Positions 46,101 to 57,000 of a DNA stretch of 64,000 nucleotides are shown one piece after another (position 1 is the stretch's first letter; each line of letters starts with the position of its first letter). Below the pieces are notes generated by a model, which did no database searches, was not told the origin of the DNA, and saw nothing but the letters and a program-made list of their open reading frames with translations. Source of the DNA: Phoronis australis (Eukaryota; Animalia; Phoronida); contig NMRA01000924.1 in the NCBI GenBank assembly GCA_002633005.1, positions 34,206 to 98,205 of the forward strand, written 5' to 3'. Position numbers and translations under genes: made by a program.

Positions 46101-48945
46101 ATTTTTCTACAAAAGTTCCATGTTAGAAACCCTTGGAAGCCGCAATGCTGTCTTTGAGGAGTCATCGTTAAAATTTGAATAAGATTGAAACATTATTTAT
46201 CTTATGTTAAAGCAACTATAGTAAAGATCAGAAGCTGGTAAAGGTTCAACATGAGCTGTCTTGCGGCTAGAGAAATCTAGTCACGAAGCACGTGTGTTCT
46301 TTGAAAATACATTGCAATATCTCACGTCATCTTTTGGTGATATCCTAGCGAATCTGGGGTGAAACCAGCAAAAAAAAATCGACATGAAAAGTTATTTTGT
46401 TGAACCCATTTTGTTTACCAATAATTGAGCCTCATTCCCCACTTCATTGTATGCTACAATATGTTTCAGGAGAACCAACTTCCGGTTGTCATGCACGGAC
46501 GAGGGAGCATGGAATGGCCCTAAGTGTGTTCGTATCCAGTGCCCCGAGCCAGATCCCATCTTCAATGATTTGTATACGTGTTCTGACACATTTAACGAGG
46601 GTAGTATTTGTAAAGTTCGCTGCCCAGAGAGTGACCAGGTAGGTGATTTGCCATTGAAATAATGGTTGTCATGGTAGCAAAGAGACGACGTGGCTCTTAA
46701 CCATAATTGTTTCTTTAAATTGAAATAGAATAAACAATACGTTCTGTTGTCTTAAGAAGCGTCTCATTTCATATTTCGTCTTACAAAATATCCCATAACT
46801 TTTATGCTCGTCAGTTTGTAGACTGAAGGCTTGGAGGCTCACATGACACTGACCAATACACATGTACAGTAAGGGTAAAGTGGGACTGGTTATAAGCCTA
46901 TACAAATATACATGTACAGTAGATAAAAACTCTGAGGTCTACATGTCTACAAAACCTGTGCTTCACAGTCACACAGATACAATGGACGCGTTATTTTGAC
47001 AGGAACAGTGTGCCTGATTGGTAGCCAAATTTCCGTTGAAAGACTACTTGTAGGTTAAATATTTTTCTAAGGGGAGACCTCGAAATTCAATATCGCGTAA
47101 GAAACGACAATTTCATTTCCTGGGGATTTCTGATGCTTTAAGTCTGAACGTAGCAGGGAGATCTTGCTGTAAGAGATTGTCTTCTATGACCTTTATTGGA
47201 ATTCGTTATACTTGTAATCTCCTGAACTGGCGGAAAGTGACTGAAAGTGCCAATGTTTTCATGTCCGATATTCGAGACGTCATGATCACAAAATATTTAA
47301 TTACCTCTGACCTTCCTATGCACTGACTTTTCTCTTCTCTCTAGAGTTTCAACGTTCAACTTGTGTGAATTTTTTTAAGTTGTTCTACTCCATATAAAAT
47401 TTTACGTTCCTGCCTGTTTTAAAAGAATTGAGGTCCTATATTTGATTACTAATTCCAGATGAGTTCGGCTACGTGTATGGAAACGGGCGAGTGGGACCGA
47501 GCTTTCCGACCTTGTCAGGACTCTGGCAAAACGTGCCCGGTATTGTCCAGTGGAGGCGCTGTTTCATTTGACTGTTCATCAACTAAGATTGGTAAGAATG
47601 CGTATTTTTTCATAAACTGACAAAGGAGAAATTCATTGATCAAACTCTTATTGGTCAACATTTCTGGTGCATGTACACTTTACTTCCGGATTAGTGCACG
47701 GCTTATAATACAATTGTGCTTTTAAACAGGTTCACATTGTGAAGTGTCGTGTAAATCGTCGTCCAGCACCGCAGTGTACTTCTCTGGAACGAGTGAGGTT
47801 TCTAAAGTCTCTGAACTGATATGTGCTTACACGGGGCAGTGGTACCCTTTACCGAACAACATCTCATGCACAGACACTTGCGGACACGTGAGTAGACCCT
47901 TTTTGAAAATTTTCTAAGTAGAAGTCGACAGGTTGTAATTTCTAGATATTGATCTGTGATAACAAACATGTATCGATCGTGTATGGTTTATCTACTTTTT
48001 CGTCAAGGAAAAACTGCATTTTTGGTGTTCAAACTGCATTTCTCGAGAGAGAATGTTCGCACCACGTCGAAAACGGCATGTTTGTACCGTGTCCAGACAG
48101 GGGTCGCTATCCTAGATCCTATCTTCCCATGCGTGACGTCATGCCCTGTAATTGATGTACCGGAATTCCAATGGTGACTTCTCTCAATGAGTAACTTATT
48201 AGTGCCGCGATCTAGTTGAAATAATTTTGCTGTTGTTTTGTCCTTGAAGCATGCTTTCTAGAGAGCCAGCGAAGGGTGTTTTGTAGCATAAAAGGCCATT
48301 CATGTTTTGTAACACTTTTAATCCTGTGTTTACTGATGACGTACCCTGTTTATGTCTTAAGGATTACGTTACTACTGAGATCGCAGTGAGCGAATGACAG
48401 AAATCTGTTCATTTATATCTGCCATTACATGAAAACAACGTCACCAATATCTCCATGACCTTTAAGTGAAGGACATCTGAATGTCGTCTGCATGTGTTAA
48501 ATTTTTGGTCGTGTCAGTGGATGAGTAGGCAAATTCCATGGACCACTTTAAATCAACTTTTGTTTCTTGGATGACTTCAGCATTTCTATGACTCTTGCAG
48601 GAATTCATACAAGATGGCTGGTGCGACGCGATGAACAATCGGGCATTGTGTGACTGGGACGGGGGTGATTGTTGTGCTTCTACAGTGGATGGCGGTGTTG
48701 TCATGGCATTCAAATGTAGCAAATCTGAACAGTGCTCTTGCAGAGATCCTAGCGCAGTGGAGAACCAATTACAAGACGAAAGGGTACAATCAGATCAGCC
48801 AATCGCTGCAAGGAACAAGGTCGATCTGCGAAGCTACAAAACGATGTTTTCTAAGTATTATGAGGTCGATAAACGACCGGAGTGGTTCTTTGCCAAAAGT
48901 CACAAAAGTGCATACGTAGAACACGTGAACCGGAAACGTCCTTGA
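21370..48945 (+). CDS. PAPPA: Pappalysin (PAPP-A-like metzincin, peptidase M43B), 22 coding exons, ~1622 aa
   Basis: Exons 21370-21817, 27144-27297, 27495-28394, 29591-29736, 30756-31046, 32876-32997, 33581-33761, 33915-34032, 34790-34943, 35397-35569, 36569-36700, 39544-39629 (or 42077-42162), 39816-40015 (or 42349-42548), 43167-43247, 43689-43911, 44082-44334, 44643-44827, 45381-45597, 46470-46638, 47459-47591, 47730-47887, 48601-48945; sum 4869 nt, all phases compatible. Hydrophobic N-terminus, LamG-like domain, LNR1/2, HEIGHNLGLWH zinc motif and NYMSY Met-turn, CCP modules, LNR3. Orthology to PAPPA versus PAPPA2 cannot be resolved (probably pre-duplication). Confidence 0.95.
25095..25441. 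mobile_element. Kolobok-like MITE (TTAA target site)
   Basis: TTAA|aaggattccaaaccctattttg ... caaaatcgggtttggtaccctt|TTAA. Confidence 0.7.
25532..25686. mobile_element. ~155-bp MITE, copy 1
   Basis: Near-identical to 31675-31830; ends gcgtgc(g)ttca...gctaggacct / agtcctagtgttactgaacgggaggc. Confidence 0.75.
27144..27297 (+). CDS. PAPPA: Pappalysin exon 2 (LamG)
   Basis: GYVDKCS...GWSIGL...YFTLQTDRA; ttcaag / gtacgt. Confidence 0.92.
27495..28394 (+). CDS. PAPPA: Pappalysin exon 3 (LamG end, protease N-part, LNR1-LNR2)
   Basis: Within ORF 27469..28398; QWVHVAAVY, CGRSICDDPEVI, GNDGGDC, NWDGGDCC. Confidence 0.96.
29591..29736 (+). CDS. PAPPA: Pappalysin exon 4
   Basis: SYMTTDEYK...HLNIFFA...GLATLPWEK; cccag / gtaaat. 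Confidence 0.94.
30083..30319. mobile_element. MITE with CAG...CTG ends
   Basis: cagtggcagatctac ... gtagatccgcctctg, flanked by direct repeat ccctg (30078-30082, 30320-30324). Confidence 0.75.
30756..31046 (+). CDS. PAPPA: Pappalysin exon 5 (catalytic zinc site)
   Basis: HEIGHNLGLWH (30815-30847) HEXXHXXGXXH motif; NYMSY Met-turn. Confidence 0.97.
31675..31830. mobile_element. ~155-bp MITE, copy 2
   Basis: cgttcagtagacgctaggacct ... aggtcctaacgttactgaacg inverted ends; degenerate third copy ~46265-46352. Confidence 0.75.
32876..32997 (+). CDS. PAPPA: Pappalysin exon 6
   Basis: DDCPKQFTKQQTARMHCYIDLRYQAW; tacag / gtaatt. Confidence 0.94.
33581..33761 (+). CDS. PAPPA: Pappalysin exon 7
   Basis: IAWVPPIG...CNSC...LVQFAS...HWTPTEATG. 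Confidence 0.93.
33915..34032 (+). CDS. PAPPA: Pappalysin exon 8
   Basis: PPDAEVCAPSTRAWLP...CFLDLFF; gtgagt donor. Confidence 0.92.
34070..34345. repeat. GTT/GAT/GGT trinucleotide low-complexity tract
   Basis: (gat)n run 34088-34120 followed by degenerate ggt/gat triplets in pappalysin intron 8. Confidence 0.85.
34790..34943 (+). CDS. PAPPA: Pappalysin exon 9
   Basis: ISIWVTW...SLGKVPIFCDMPFT; tttaag / gtaaga. Confidence 0.92.
35397..35569 (+). CDS. PAPPA: Pappalysin exon 10
   Basis: VRIVT...SIDAVQLTS...CAECVPVKYKVSRDPPF; weak donor gttatc. Confidence 0.9.
35774..36058. mobile_element. Kolobok-like MITE
   Basis: TTAA|aggatactaaaccctgttttgg ... ccaaaaccaggtttggtatcct; related right end also at ~9947-9971. 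Confidence 0.6.
36569..36700 (+). CDS. PAPPA: Pappalysin exon 11
   Basis: YTYTIQA...SPPLIYTHGGSFCGDG. Confidence 0.93.
37503..37763. mobile_element. MITE, same family as 17608-17861
   Basis: catgcgcgaacccata...cgaacgagcc...aaaaggtccaca shares motifs in reverse orientation. Confidence 0.5.
38466..39231. mobile_element. Possible Kolobok-like element (duplicated with the block, ~41002-41766)
   Basis: ttaa|aggtgagg ... ctcgcct|ttga short terminal inversions. Confidence 0.35.
39544..39629 (+). CDS. PAPPA: Pappalysin exon 12 (copy a)
   Basis: HEECDDGNAADGDGCSIHCQVE. Confidence 0.88.
39816..40015 (+). CDS. PAPPA: Pappalysin exon 13 (copy a)
   Basis: SLCYKFFGDGFCE...TPSGFKDQWATSA. Confidence 0.88.
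42077..42162 (+). CDS. PAPPA: Pappalysin exon 12 (copy b, duplicate)
   Basis: Appears identical to 39544-39629; lies in duplicated block. Confidence 0.7.
42349..42548 (+). CDS. PAPPA: Pappalysin exon 13 (copy b, duplicate)
   Basis: Differs from copy a at ACT>AAT (T>N), TCG>TCC, CCA>CCG. Confidence 0.7.
43167..43247 (+). CDS. PAPPA: Pappalysin exon 14
   Basis: SCGADFDRKSHWSPC...FWVK; ttttag / gtaagt. Confidence 0.88.
43689..43911 (+). CDS. PAPPA: Pappalysin exon 15
   Basis: AAAVLIYVASDG...SCKENPM...HQDLTKSFF. Confidence 0.93.
44082..44334 (+). CDS. PAPPA: Pappalysin exon 16 (into CCP1)
   Basis: VSAVVLRS...LDPFTLKTC...GATCSVKCNEG. Confidence 0.92.
44643..44827 (+). CDS. PAPPA: Pappalysin exon 17 (CCP1/2)
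   Basis: ITCVAGIW...CQPVTC...CVFTCQGPAVLQG. Confidence 0.92.
45381..45597 (+). CDS. PAPPA: Pappalysin exon 18 (CCP2/3)
   Basis: LLCEADGLWSLPQSFC...VGTRCKMHCAKGYYV. Confidence 0.93.
46470..46638 (+). CDS. PAPPA: Pappalysin exon 19 (CCP3/4)
   Basis: CTDEGAWNGPKC...CPEPDPIFNDLYTCS. Confidence 0.93.
47459..47591 (+). CDS. PAPPA: Pappalysin exon 20 (CCP4/5)
   Basis: ATCMETGEWDRAFRPC...TKIG; ttccag / gtaaga. Confidence 0.9.
47730..47887 (+). CDS. PAPPA: Pappalysin exon 21 (CCP5)
   Basis: SHCEVSC...LICAYTGQWYPLPNNISCTDTC; gtgagt donor. Confidence 0.92.
48601..48945 (+). CDS. PAPPA: Pappalysin last exon (LNR3 plus C-terminal tail)
   Basis: FIQDGWCDAMNNRALCDWDGGDCCAST...CSCRDP, stop TGA at 48943-48945. 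Confidence 0.95.
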   Translation, partial: EFIQDGWCDAMNNRALCDWDGGDCCASTVDGGVVMAFKCSKSEQCSCRDPSAVENQLQDERVQSDQPIAARNKVDLRSYKTMFSKYYEVDKRPEWFFAKSHKSAYVEHVNRKRP

Positions 48946-50431
48946 CAAATACGTCATCACCGCCTGATAAACCTTTAGTTGTAATTTTAAATTACTATCA
49001 TTAGTTTTTTAAACTTTTTGACGACGGTTGTAAAGATCGAGATGTACATGTAGCTCAATCGAATCCCTGTGATATGAACAACCTAAAATTAAAATAACGT
49101 CCCAGGGTTCTGATTTACCAGACGCGGCACGCCGGGTCGTAGCTCCTAGAAACGCCAAGGCAGCTGAATCCGACCGCGACGAATATAACGTTTATACCCA
49201 TCATCAACTAGTATGGATTTTGTGTGCCTATAAAGATGAAGACGGCTACTCAGCTGAGCGTGCAACCTTTCGGTAATCGAGGCCCCGTACCCAAAGTCCA
49301 ACCAAGAAATCATAATTGTCTTCGACTTATCATTTGTAACGGTGCGTGATTAGAGAGTTCCATTCTGAAAATTTACTGGAAGCTGCGTGACACTCAAGAG
49401 CCCGTCCTCAATGGAGCACTCCTCTTTCGTGGAGGTAGACAAATACATTACATGGTGACCCACTTTTCAAAATTTCAGTTATTCGCCAGGTAATTAAAAA
49501 GCAGAACGCTAAGCCAGAGGCGTCTGGATCTAAAATGGTCAGCGACAATAATTCAAACTGTCTGTACAGAGTTATAGATCGTTGAGAGCAACAGTGGCAT
49601 ACGGCGTATTAAACAATTCTGCCTATCGATGCATGCAACTGTTTTTTTTCGAAATTACTCATTTTCGAGAGCTAACGATTCAAAATAATATATTGATCAT
49701 AAAAAGCAGCTGCAGTCGGTGCTCTAATCATAAAACCTGTTCACGCCATAACTCAGTGGGTGGATTACGCATGTTAAAAATAAATTAATCTCGCGGGTGC
49801 TTGACTGGTAAGGAAAGCAGCCGGCACTCAGTTGTCGTCACCTGATTAGATTTGTTCTTAAGCAAAACAAAAGACATAGTAATGAGCTGTGTCGGCTAGC
49901 TAGATAATGTGCCGATCCAAACGGAAATTTAATGACAATGACAGATACATGTGACGGTGGTCTCTGCGTTGTAGATCAAAATATATAAATATACTCACAA
50001 CACTGACTAAATGTACGATTAAATAGCTCTGTGATTTAGTAGTCCTACCCCAGATTTCTTCAGTTCAATTTCAGATAATAATTTGGACCTGATGCATTCT
50101 TATTTCAAAACCCGCTTCTTATCACAAATATACTCAATTTTCTTTAGTTGGAATTCAAAATAACTCCATCAATGCAGTAGAAACTCTTCACCAGACGTTC
50201 TTATCGCTCGCAATTTTCTGTAAATACAGATAATTTTAATTTGATTACGACTAAGTCTTACTCCGTTTGAGTTAAAATCATCAAGTTTTAAAAACATAAT
50301 CTTACTTCGAAACGTTTTGAACCTAGTTTGGACACATGCAGGAATTTTTCAGAGAATTTTCGTTTTTCTTATCACGTGATCATGCGATGAGAGCTTCGTG
50401 GGGAGTTTTGAATTTTTCTCAGGTACTGAAA

Positions 50432-51000
50432 CATCAATGCAAGTTGTGCTCACTGTTAAGCTATTGTATAATACCAAGTTGTATTCACTGTAAAACTATA
50501 GTATTAATACAAGTTGTCTTCAATGTAAAACTATAGTATCAATACAAGTTTTCTTCAATGTAAAACTATAGTATCAATACAAGTTGTGTTCACTGTAAAA
50601 CTATAGTATCAATGCAAGTCGTATTCGCTGTTATATGTGGTATCAATAAAAGTATGTACAGTGTTTACGGTCTATAGCTATATTTATTGGTACAAGTTGC
50701 ACTCAATGCTTAGCCATTTAAAATTTACGTTCACTGTTAAGATATGGTAATAATACAAGTTGTACTCAAAGCATGTCTATCTTATCGATACAAGTTGTGA
50801 TCATTGTATATCTATAATAGCAATATACATGTAAGTTGTACCCACTGCAAAGCTATATAAGCCGTGTTCTCTGTATATCTGCAGTATCAATACAAGTTGC
50901 GGTCATTGTATAGCCGTAGCATTTAAGAGCTGATTCCACTGTATGATTATACTATCAATACAAACTGTGCTCACCGTAAACGTATAATATCGATACAACG
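50432..51000. repeat. 35-bp minisatellite, degenerate array
   Basis: Unit gtatcaatacaagttgtattcactgtaaaactata (e.g. 50536, 50571). Confidence 0.85.
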
Positions 51001-54000
51001 TAGTCAGTGATCGCAGCGCCTGTGTCCGGAGCTTATTGTGAAAGGAGCATGTAATCTGTCGGATGCTGTAGCTAAAGGACCGGTGTGCTTTGATGGAGTG
51101 GTAAGAAGCGTAATAAATTGATTGAAACCCATTTGAATGTGCCCGTCACAACGAACGGACCGTGTTTCACTTTCCACGAAGGGAAAAGAAACATGGCTTT
51201 AACTATACATGTACATGAAATCAGTAGGTACCCGGACGTTGTCTTTGGTATAGCTACATGTACACCACACAGCGCATACAATTACCGAAGTATAGTTTAT
51301 TTTTGCATGCAAACGCATAAAAATTATACCTGAGTTCGAAATTTTAGATACATGTATTTTCGGAGTAATGAGCCTTCGGAGTAATGAACCTCCAGCGATG
51401 TAGATGTAAATCGCAAAAATACAACCAGGTAAAGTGGCCTACTAACCACATTTAGTTTCTATCCGGCCGTGCACGAGGCTCCTTGGGTGACGTTGTGACG
51501 CAGCGGCCCTAAACTCTTCAGTCGCGTTGCGTTGCGATCAGACATGGAGTTGATGATTGCGTTGTGTTTGATAATTCATCAGTATTCCGACTTCATATCG
51601 TTCTAAAAATGCAAGTGTTCACTCATTTTAAGACATTCGGGCGAAATCTGACCACCGTTTTTAGTGAGCAGTGAACTTTCGAAGTAGTGAAATACATGTA
51701 GTGGGCTGTTCCCATTTCCAGCGATGTAAGCAACTTAATTAACACGCAAAAATACAACTGGATAAATAATTTCGTCAAGTCATTCGCCGTTTAAAGTTTA
51801 TATTTCCGTCCAAGTACGTAATAAGGTCTAATCACGAATTTGAGCATGGCTGATTTGAAATTTTGGCAGGAGGTAATGCGAGAAAGTTCTTTATTTTCTG
51901 GACCGCAATATATCCGAATTTGTGTTCCGTTCTTTGCTAGTAACCGTCACAGCATCCTCATTTCTGGTATCACAAAATGTGTCTCATCTCATGAACAGTA
52001 GAGCTGGGAGCCATCGTTATGTACAGATCCTCTGATAATTAAGCTGCTACAAAGGCCTTATCGAAAACTCTACAGTGTCGACGTTCGTAAAAAAGGTCCA
52101 CCGTTCTAGAAACTCGAACCACCCCCCGCTCTGTGCTGGCTACGTGCCTGGTTATGAATACAGGACAGTATCGTAAACAATAGTCATCGACAGTAGAAAG
52201 ATGCATTCTGAAAAAGGCGCAACCACAATTTCTAGGATTCACATTTCCTGAACATAAATTTTAAGCACCGATTTGTTTGTACAACAGACCACATTTACAC
52301 TTAAGTCCATCAGTTATGGCAGCATAGACTATAGAGAAGCTATGATGCCAGTTTGTTCGCGTAAAGCGTTGTCTGTTGAGAATTCAACTAGCCAATCAGA
52401 AACGCCGGTGTAAAAAAAAATACCTAGGAAAATTAAGTGATACCTGCGTGCTGGCTACAGACCACCTAGAGGCACGCAGGGAACCAGCGAGACGGTGGAA
52501 ACGGAGTGGTAGTGCGCAGCGCCACTCACGGTCGCCTGGAATAGCACGTGCACATCGACCGAGAGCGCCATTAATTAGCCACAATTACCGTTACGATTGA
52601 ACCGGTTGTCTCAGTCGGACACTTGAAATCGGCTCCAGGTGCTTTTGATGCTTTATTTTCTTGCGCCTATGCCCTAGCCTAGTACTCCCCCTACACGGTA
52701 CATGTTTGCTCGCATTCTCGGCCTGCATCTGGTGCCTACATTGTAAGGCTATACGCGCAAAAATGACACTTTTGGCGAAAACAGTTGCAAGCAAAACTCA
52801 TGTTAAAGTTTAAAATATTCGCTGCTGTTTGAACCCCAGTGATTTGAGCTTTCAGTGGTTGTAATGGGTAACAATAGGACTGGAAAGATGAATCATTTCC
52901 CCAGTACATAGATTTTACTTTTAAATTTCATCTTGCACGTTAACGAATAAGACCTAATTTTCTCAACTTCCGACCCTAAAGTGCCACCACTTGCAAAATA
53001 TTGTTACATGAAGACAGTAAAAATGCACAACTTAAATGCTAGGACTCATAGTACTGTACATCATCTGATTGAATAATTATGTAGAAAGGAAGAAAAGAAA
53101 AAATGGAAAGTTACGACAGGATGAAAAGGCTGATGGTGTAGAATACACTTAGGGTCTATAATAGACCATCGTGTAGGAATGAATCACGTGCGTGTGCTCC
53201 GAAATACGCTCATTCATTTGCTTATTGTCCAAGTCGGAGAGAAGTCCTGCGTAGAAGAGGTTCACTGGACTTAAGCCTCCAGTCCAGGGGCCCACAATTT
53301 GTGTTTGGGGGAGGGGGTCATCATCACCGATCAGTTTATGCATGTTACCCGGCCACGAGAGCATATGTTTCAAAAATACTAAGCGTTCATTAGTTTTCAA
53401 AGTAAATTTGTCAAAGTCGAAATGAAACAATGTTTCGGTTATTAAAAAAATTCTTTTTGCCTATGATGTATTTCAATAGGGTCGCCCTGAATTACACAGC
53501 GACTCTTGAATCTCGCTGTATTTACCCACAATGCCGTAAAAATTTACGTCCTTGTTTTCGTGCCACTGGAATTTCACGTTATACATGTATGTTGTTGTCT
53601 GATTCTTTACAAGTTTTCCACTAATGCATTACCCTGTTGTAATCATCCTTCCTGTGCCAACCAAGTATTACTGTTGTACATGTACGTGCTGGGGGCTGCA
53701 ACTCCGACGTCAGAATGTTTGATAAGCTATACAAATACCCGTGGTTAAGTTATCTGAAATTTTTTGCCTTCCTGACATCAAAGAGAGAAGAACATGTGCC
53801 CTATTTCCAGAACTAAGTCAATGCACGCTTTCTTATCTCCGGGGCAAAGGAGAGTTCCATCACCGTGTAATCCGGCGTTTAGTTGATAGAAAAATTAATT
53901 AATAGTCTCTGACTAGATATAAGTTGGGGCACGACACTAGGCTGAGTCGTTCATATATTGAATTCGAACAAGCTCGTGCTTCAGTTAAGTCATTCACACC

Positions 54001-57000
54001 AAAAGCTTGTAGATTGTTCTGCTTTGCAGCATTACAGCTTCAGTAATGTCTCACTGCGGGTAGCCTCTGAGAATAGCCGCCACGGGGCGTTATTGTTCAA
54101 GGTTGGCTTCAAAGTGTACAGATCTCCGATCCAACGTTCAAAGTGCAAGTAGCCAGCCTAACTAAACCTGAATAAAGATTAAAACTAAAATGAAGTTAAT
54201 GAAAACACGAAAACATCTGATATACCTCGGGATATTTGCGATTGTTACCGCAGGCATTGTGGCGTTATTAAAACGATATTACAACACGAACGGCGTGGTG
54301 CTGTGTCTACCTTTTTAATTTTACGTGTCTGGCCATCTGCAAACACTTTCTTAATTATTTGCCCTCCATATATTAAATTTTCAACTATGTCACTGCATAT
54401 GAGAACTCCTTTCGATCCGTACAATAGAAAACTTACAAGCGGTACCGCCAATGTTTCCCTATCGTCATTTAAGTATATTGAATCGTTGGTGCAATTTTGG
54501 ACAATTTTTGTCTTTAGAAATTCGATAATTGGTGTTTGGTATGTCTTCTCGTTGTGACGAAACACACTTTTTGCGGGCATTTGGTCTGTTTGTTGCCTTG
54601 TACTGTTCATGGCTATGGTTCAATTTCGCGACGGGTCGTTCTTCAGAACGTGGATCTAGCGTTTTAGATGGTCAAATTTGACTTCGTTGTGATCGGGTCT
54701 CGCGTGACTTGAAGTTATTTTACGCAAAAGAATTTCTAAAACAGTGTGTATGCCTTCAGTACATTTTGAGGCAGGTCTTACGGGCTTTGCCCGCAAGTGG
54801 ACGAGATAGAATGCAGGGTTCACCCTTGTGTTTCCAACGAATTGTTCGACACATCAAAGATTTGGTGGCGCCGTCAAAAGTGAGCTGGTTGCTATTCATG
54901 AGCTTGGCCAAAACTGAATTGATGGAGATAATTGCGGTCGAAAACAACGCGCATATGAAAGGTACTAGTTTCAAAGTAAAAAAAAAAACGAAAATCAAGT
55001 ATAACAAACGACCAATATAACTTCAAACAGTTTCACCAGGATGGTGAATAACAATTAACACAGGGAAATTCGTTTTCCATTCAAAAAGCGTTAAATACTT
55101 GCAGAAATGTTCCACATCTCCCTTTCCTGAAGTTGGCAGTAATAAATCCCCGAATGTTATCACAGGAGTTGCCTCCCGATGTCGGTCTTGTATGGTGGTT
55201 GCTAACTCAAGCTCACCCTAAAAGTCATATTGCAATTGACCTGGGCTTTCCATTATTGTATACATGTAATTTAGGGCAGTTTTCTGTAGTATTGATCACG
55301 AATTATTGAATTTCGGTCCAATAATGCATTATAGTTTCGTCGGCAGAGCTCGTGATTCAATTTTTAGGTCCCAGATTGGGTAAGGACTACCGTATCAAGG
55401 TCATTTGTTGAACGTGTGCATGTAGCTTTCAATTATGCGGCTTCTGATGTCCCTGGTACGTAGAAGCTATCAGACAGTCCCTTGTTGAACCACAGGTGCC
55501 CGAGTCTGTGATGGCTACCTCCAAGAGGGTGTGCAAAAGATATCGAACTGACAGAAATGCAATATTATAAAACATGGAAAAGAATGTCTATAAATTCCAT
55601 GGAGGCACCCAGCCTAAAATACAATGTACATGTATAGGGGGGCTTGAATTCTTCGATTTGCAGAACTTTTACTGAAAAAATCAACGAGTATTAAAAAAAC
55701 CGAGTCACTAGGTTCAGGCCTGCCAAATGTGCATCCGCGCCGAATTCCTGTGGACTGTGTGGACTTTTTCTTCGTTTACTCGGACGTTTTGTTCCACTGA
55801 GACGGATCTTTATGGCCAAAAATTCGCCCCCCTTCCTGGGTCCGTCCATGAATTATATCCTCGGTTGACCCTCCAAAACGTGACCACCATTAGAACAAAA
55901 TATGACTAAACGATCGTAACGTAGCACCCCTCCCCATCCGTCAGCGGCTCCTCTAAGATAACATCAGCAACACCAATGCCCCCCCTCCCCCCAGTTCAAG
56001 GACTGGACCTCTTCCAAGAGCTGGGTGTCCTGAATATGAAACGATATGATTACGACAACAGTAAACGAGCAGCATTTCATGCTATCACAAGCCCCCTCTC
56101 GGTAAGAACCCCAATATATAAAATATAAAACAATTTAAAAAATGTATCAGAGAAGCAAATGACGCCGCTATCCCTAGGCCGAGAACAGAGACTGAAGAAA
56201 TGCATTGTCTTACTTAAACTGATTTACCCACTCGAATAAGATTGCTCGCGAAAATCAGTGCATGTCAAGTTTTCTCAGTCTTTTTCGCAGTTCATGTGTG
56301 TACAGTACGTTTTAAAGCACGTTTTCAAGGGCATTTAGACGATCTGTATTGAAAAAGCTTAAATACACCTAAAGGAAAAATCCAGCACTGTTGTTTAATT
56401 GGCAAATGTTCTCTTGAACTGCCTGTGTTTTACATGATTCTCTGCATTGTTCTTAATTTTACTGACCCCTGAGCCCAACCTTGCGTTTTTTGCCGGTCGC
56501 CATGGATTCACCCCTGTCTCCTGCATCATAAGTTTGCGTATTTGAACCTAAGGTCATTCAGAAAATAATTAATGTATCACTACTTGATCGACCGCACTTT
56601 ACTAAGACCCACAGTCTATTAAGTCCGTTATTCCACCTAGAAAAATCAAAATTTCTCACAAAAAATATCAATTTACCTAAACTATTCTTGTACATGCTGA
56701 TTTCATAATAATTTAACCATGGAGACGACACTTGCAAAAATCCTGATTTTATTATTAGACACGTCTACCCTATCCGTTACGATGCAAAAAGACATACAGT
56801 TAGGCTCTGACGTAAACAGTTGTTCCAGGTCTCGTGCCGTGGATTTGAGAGACAGCATTTGCAGAGATCAGTTTACCATTAAGATTTCTGGACTGACTTT
56901 CCGTAGCCCATACAAGTACTTGTAAATCCCACATGAAGGCAAATATCCGTAACGAATCGTACATACATGTACATGCGAAATTGCCCCCATGTCTTACAAA

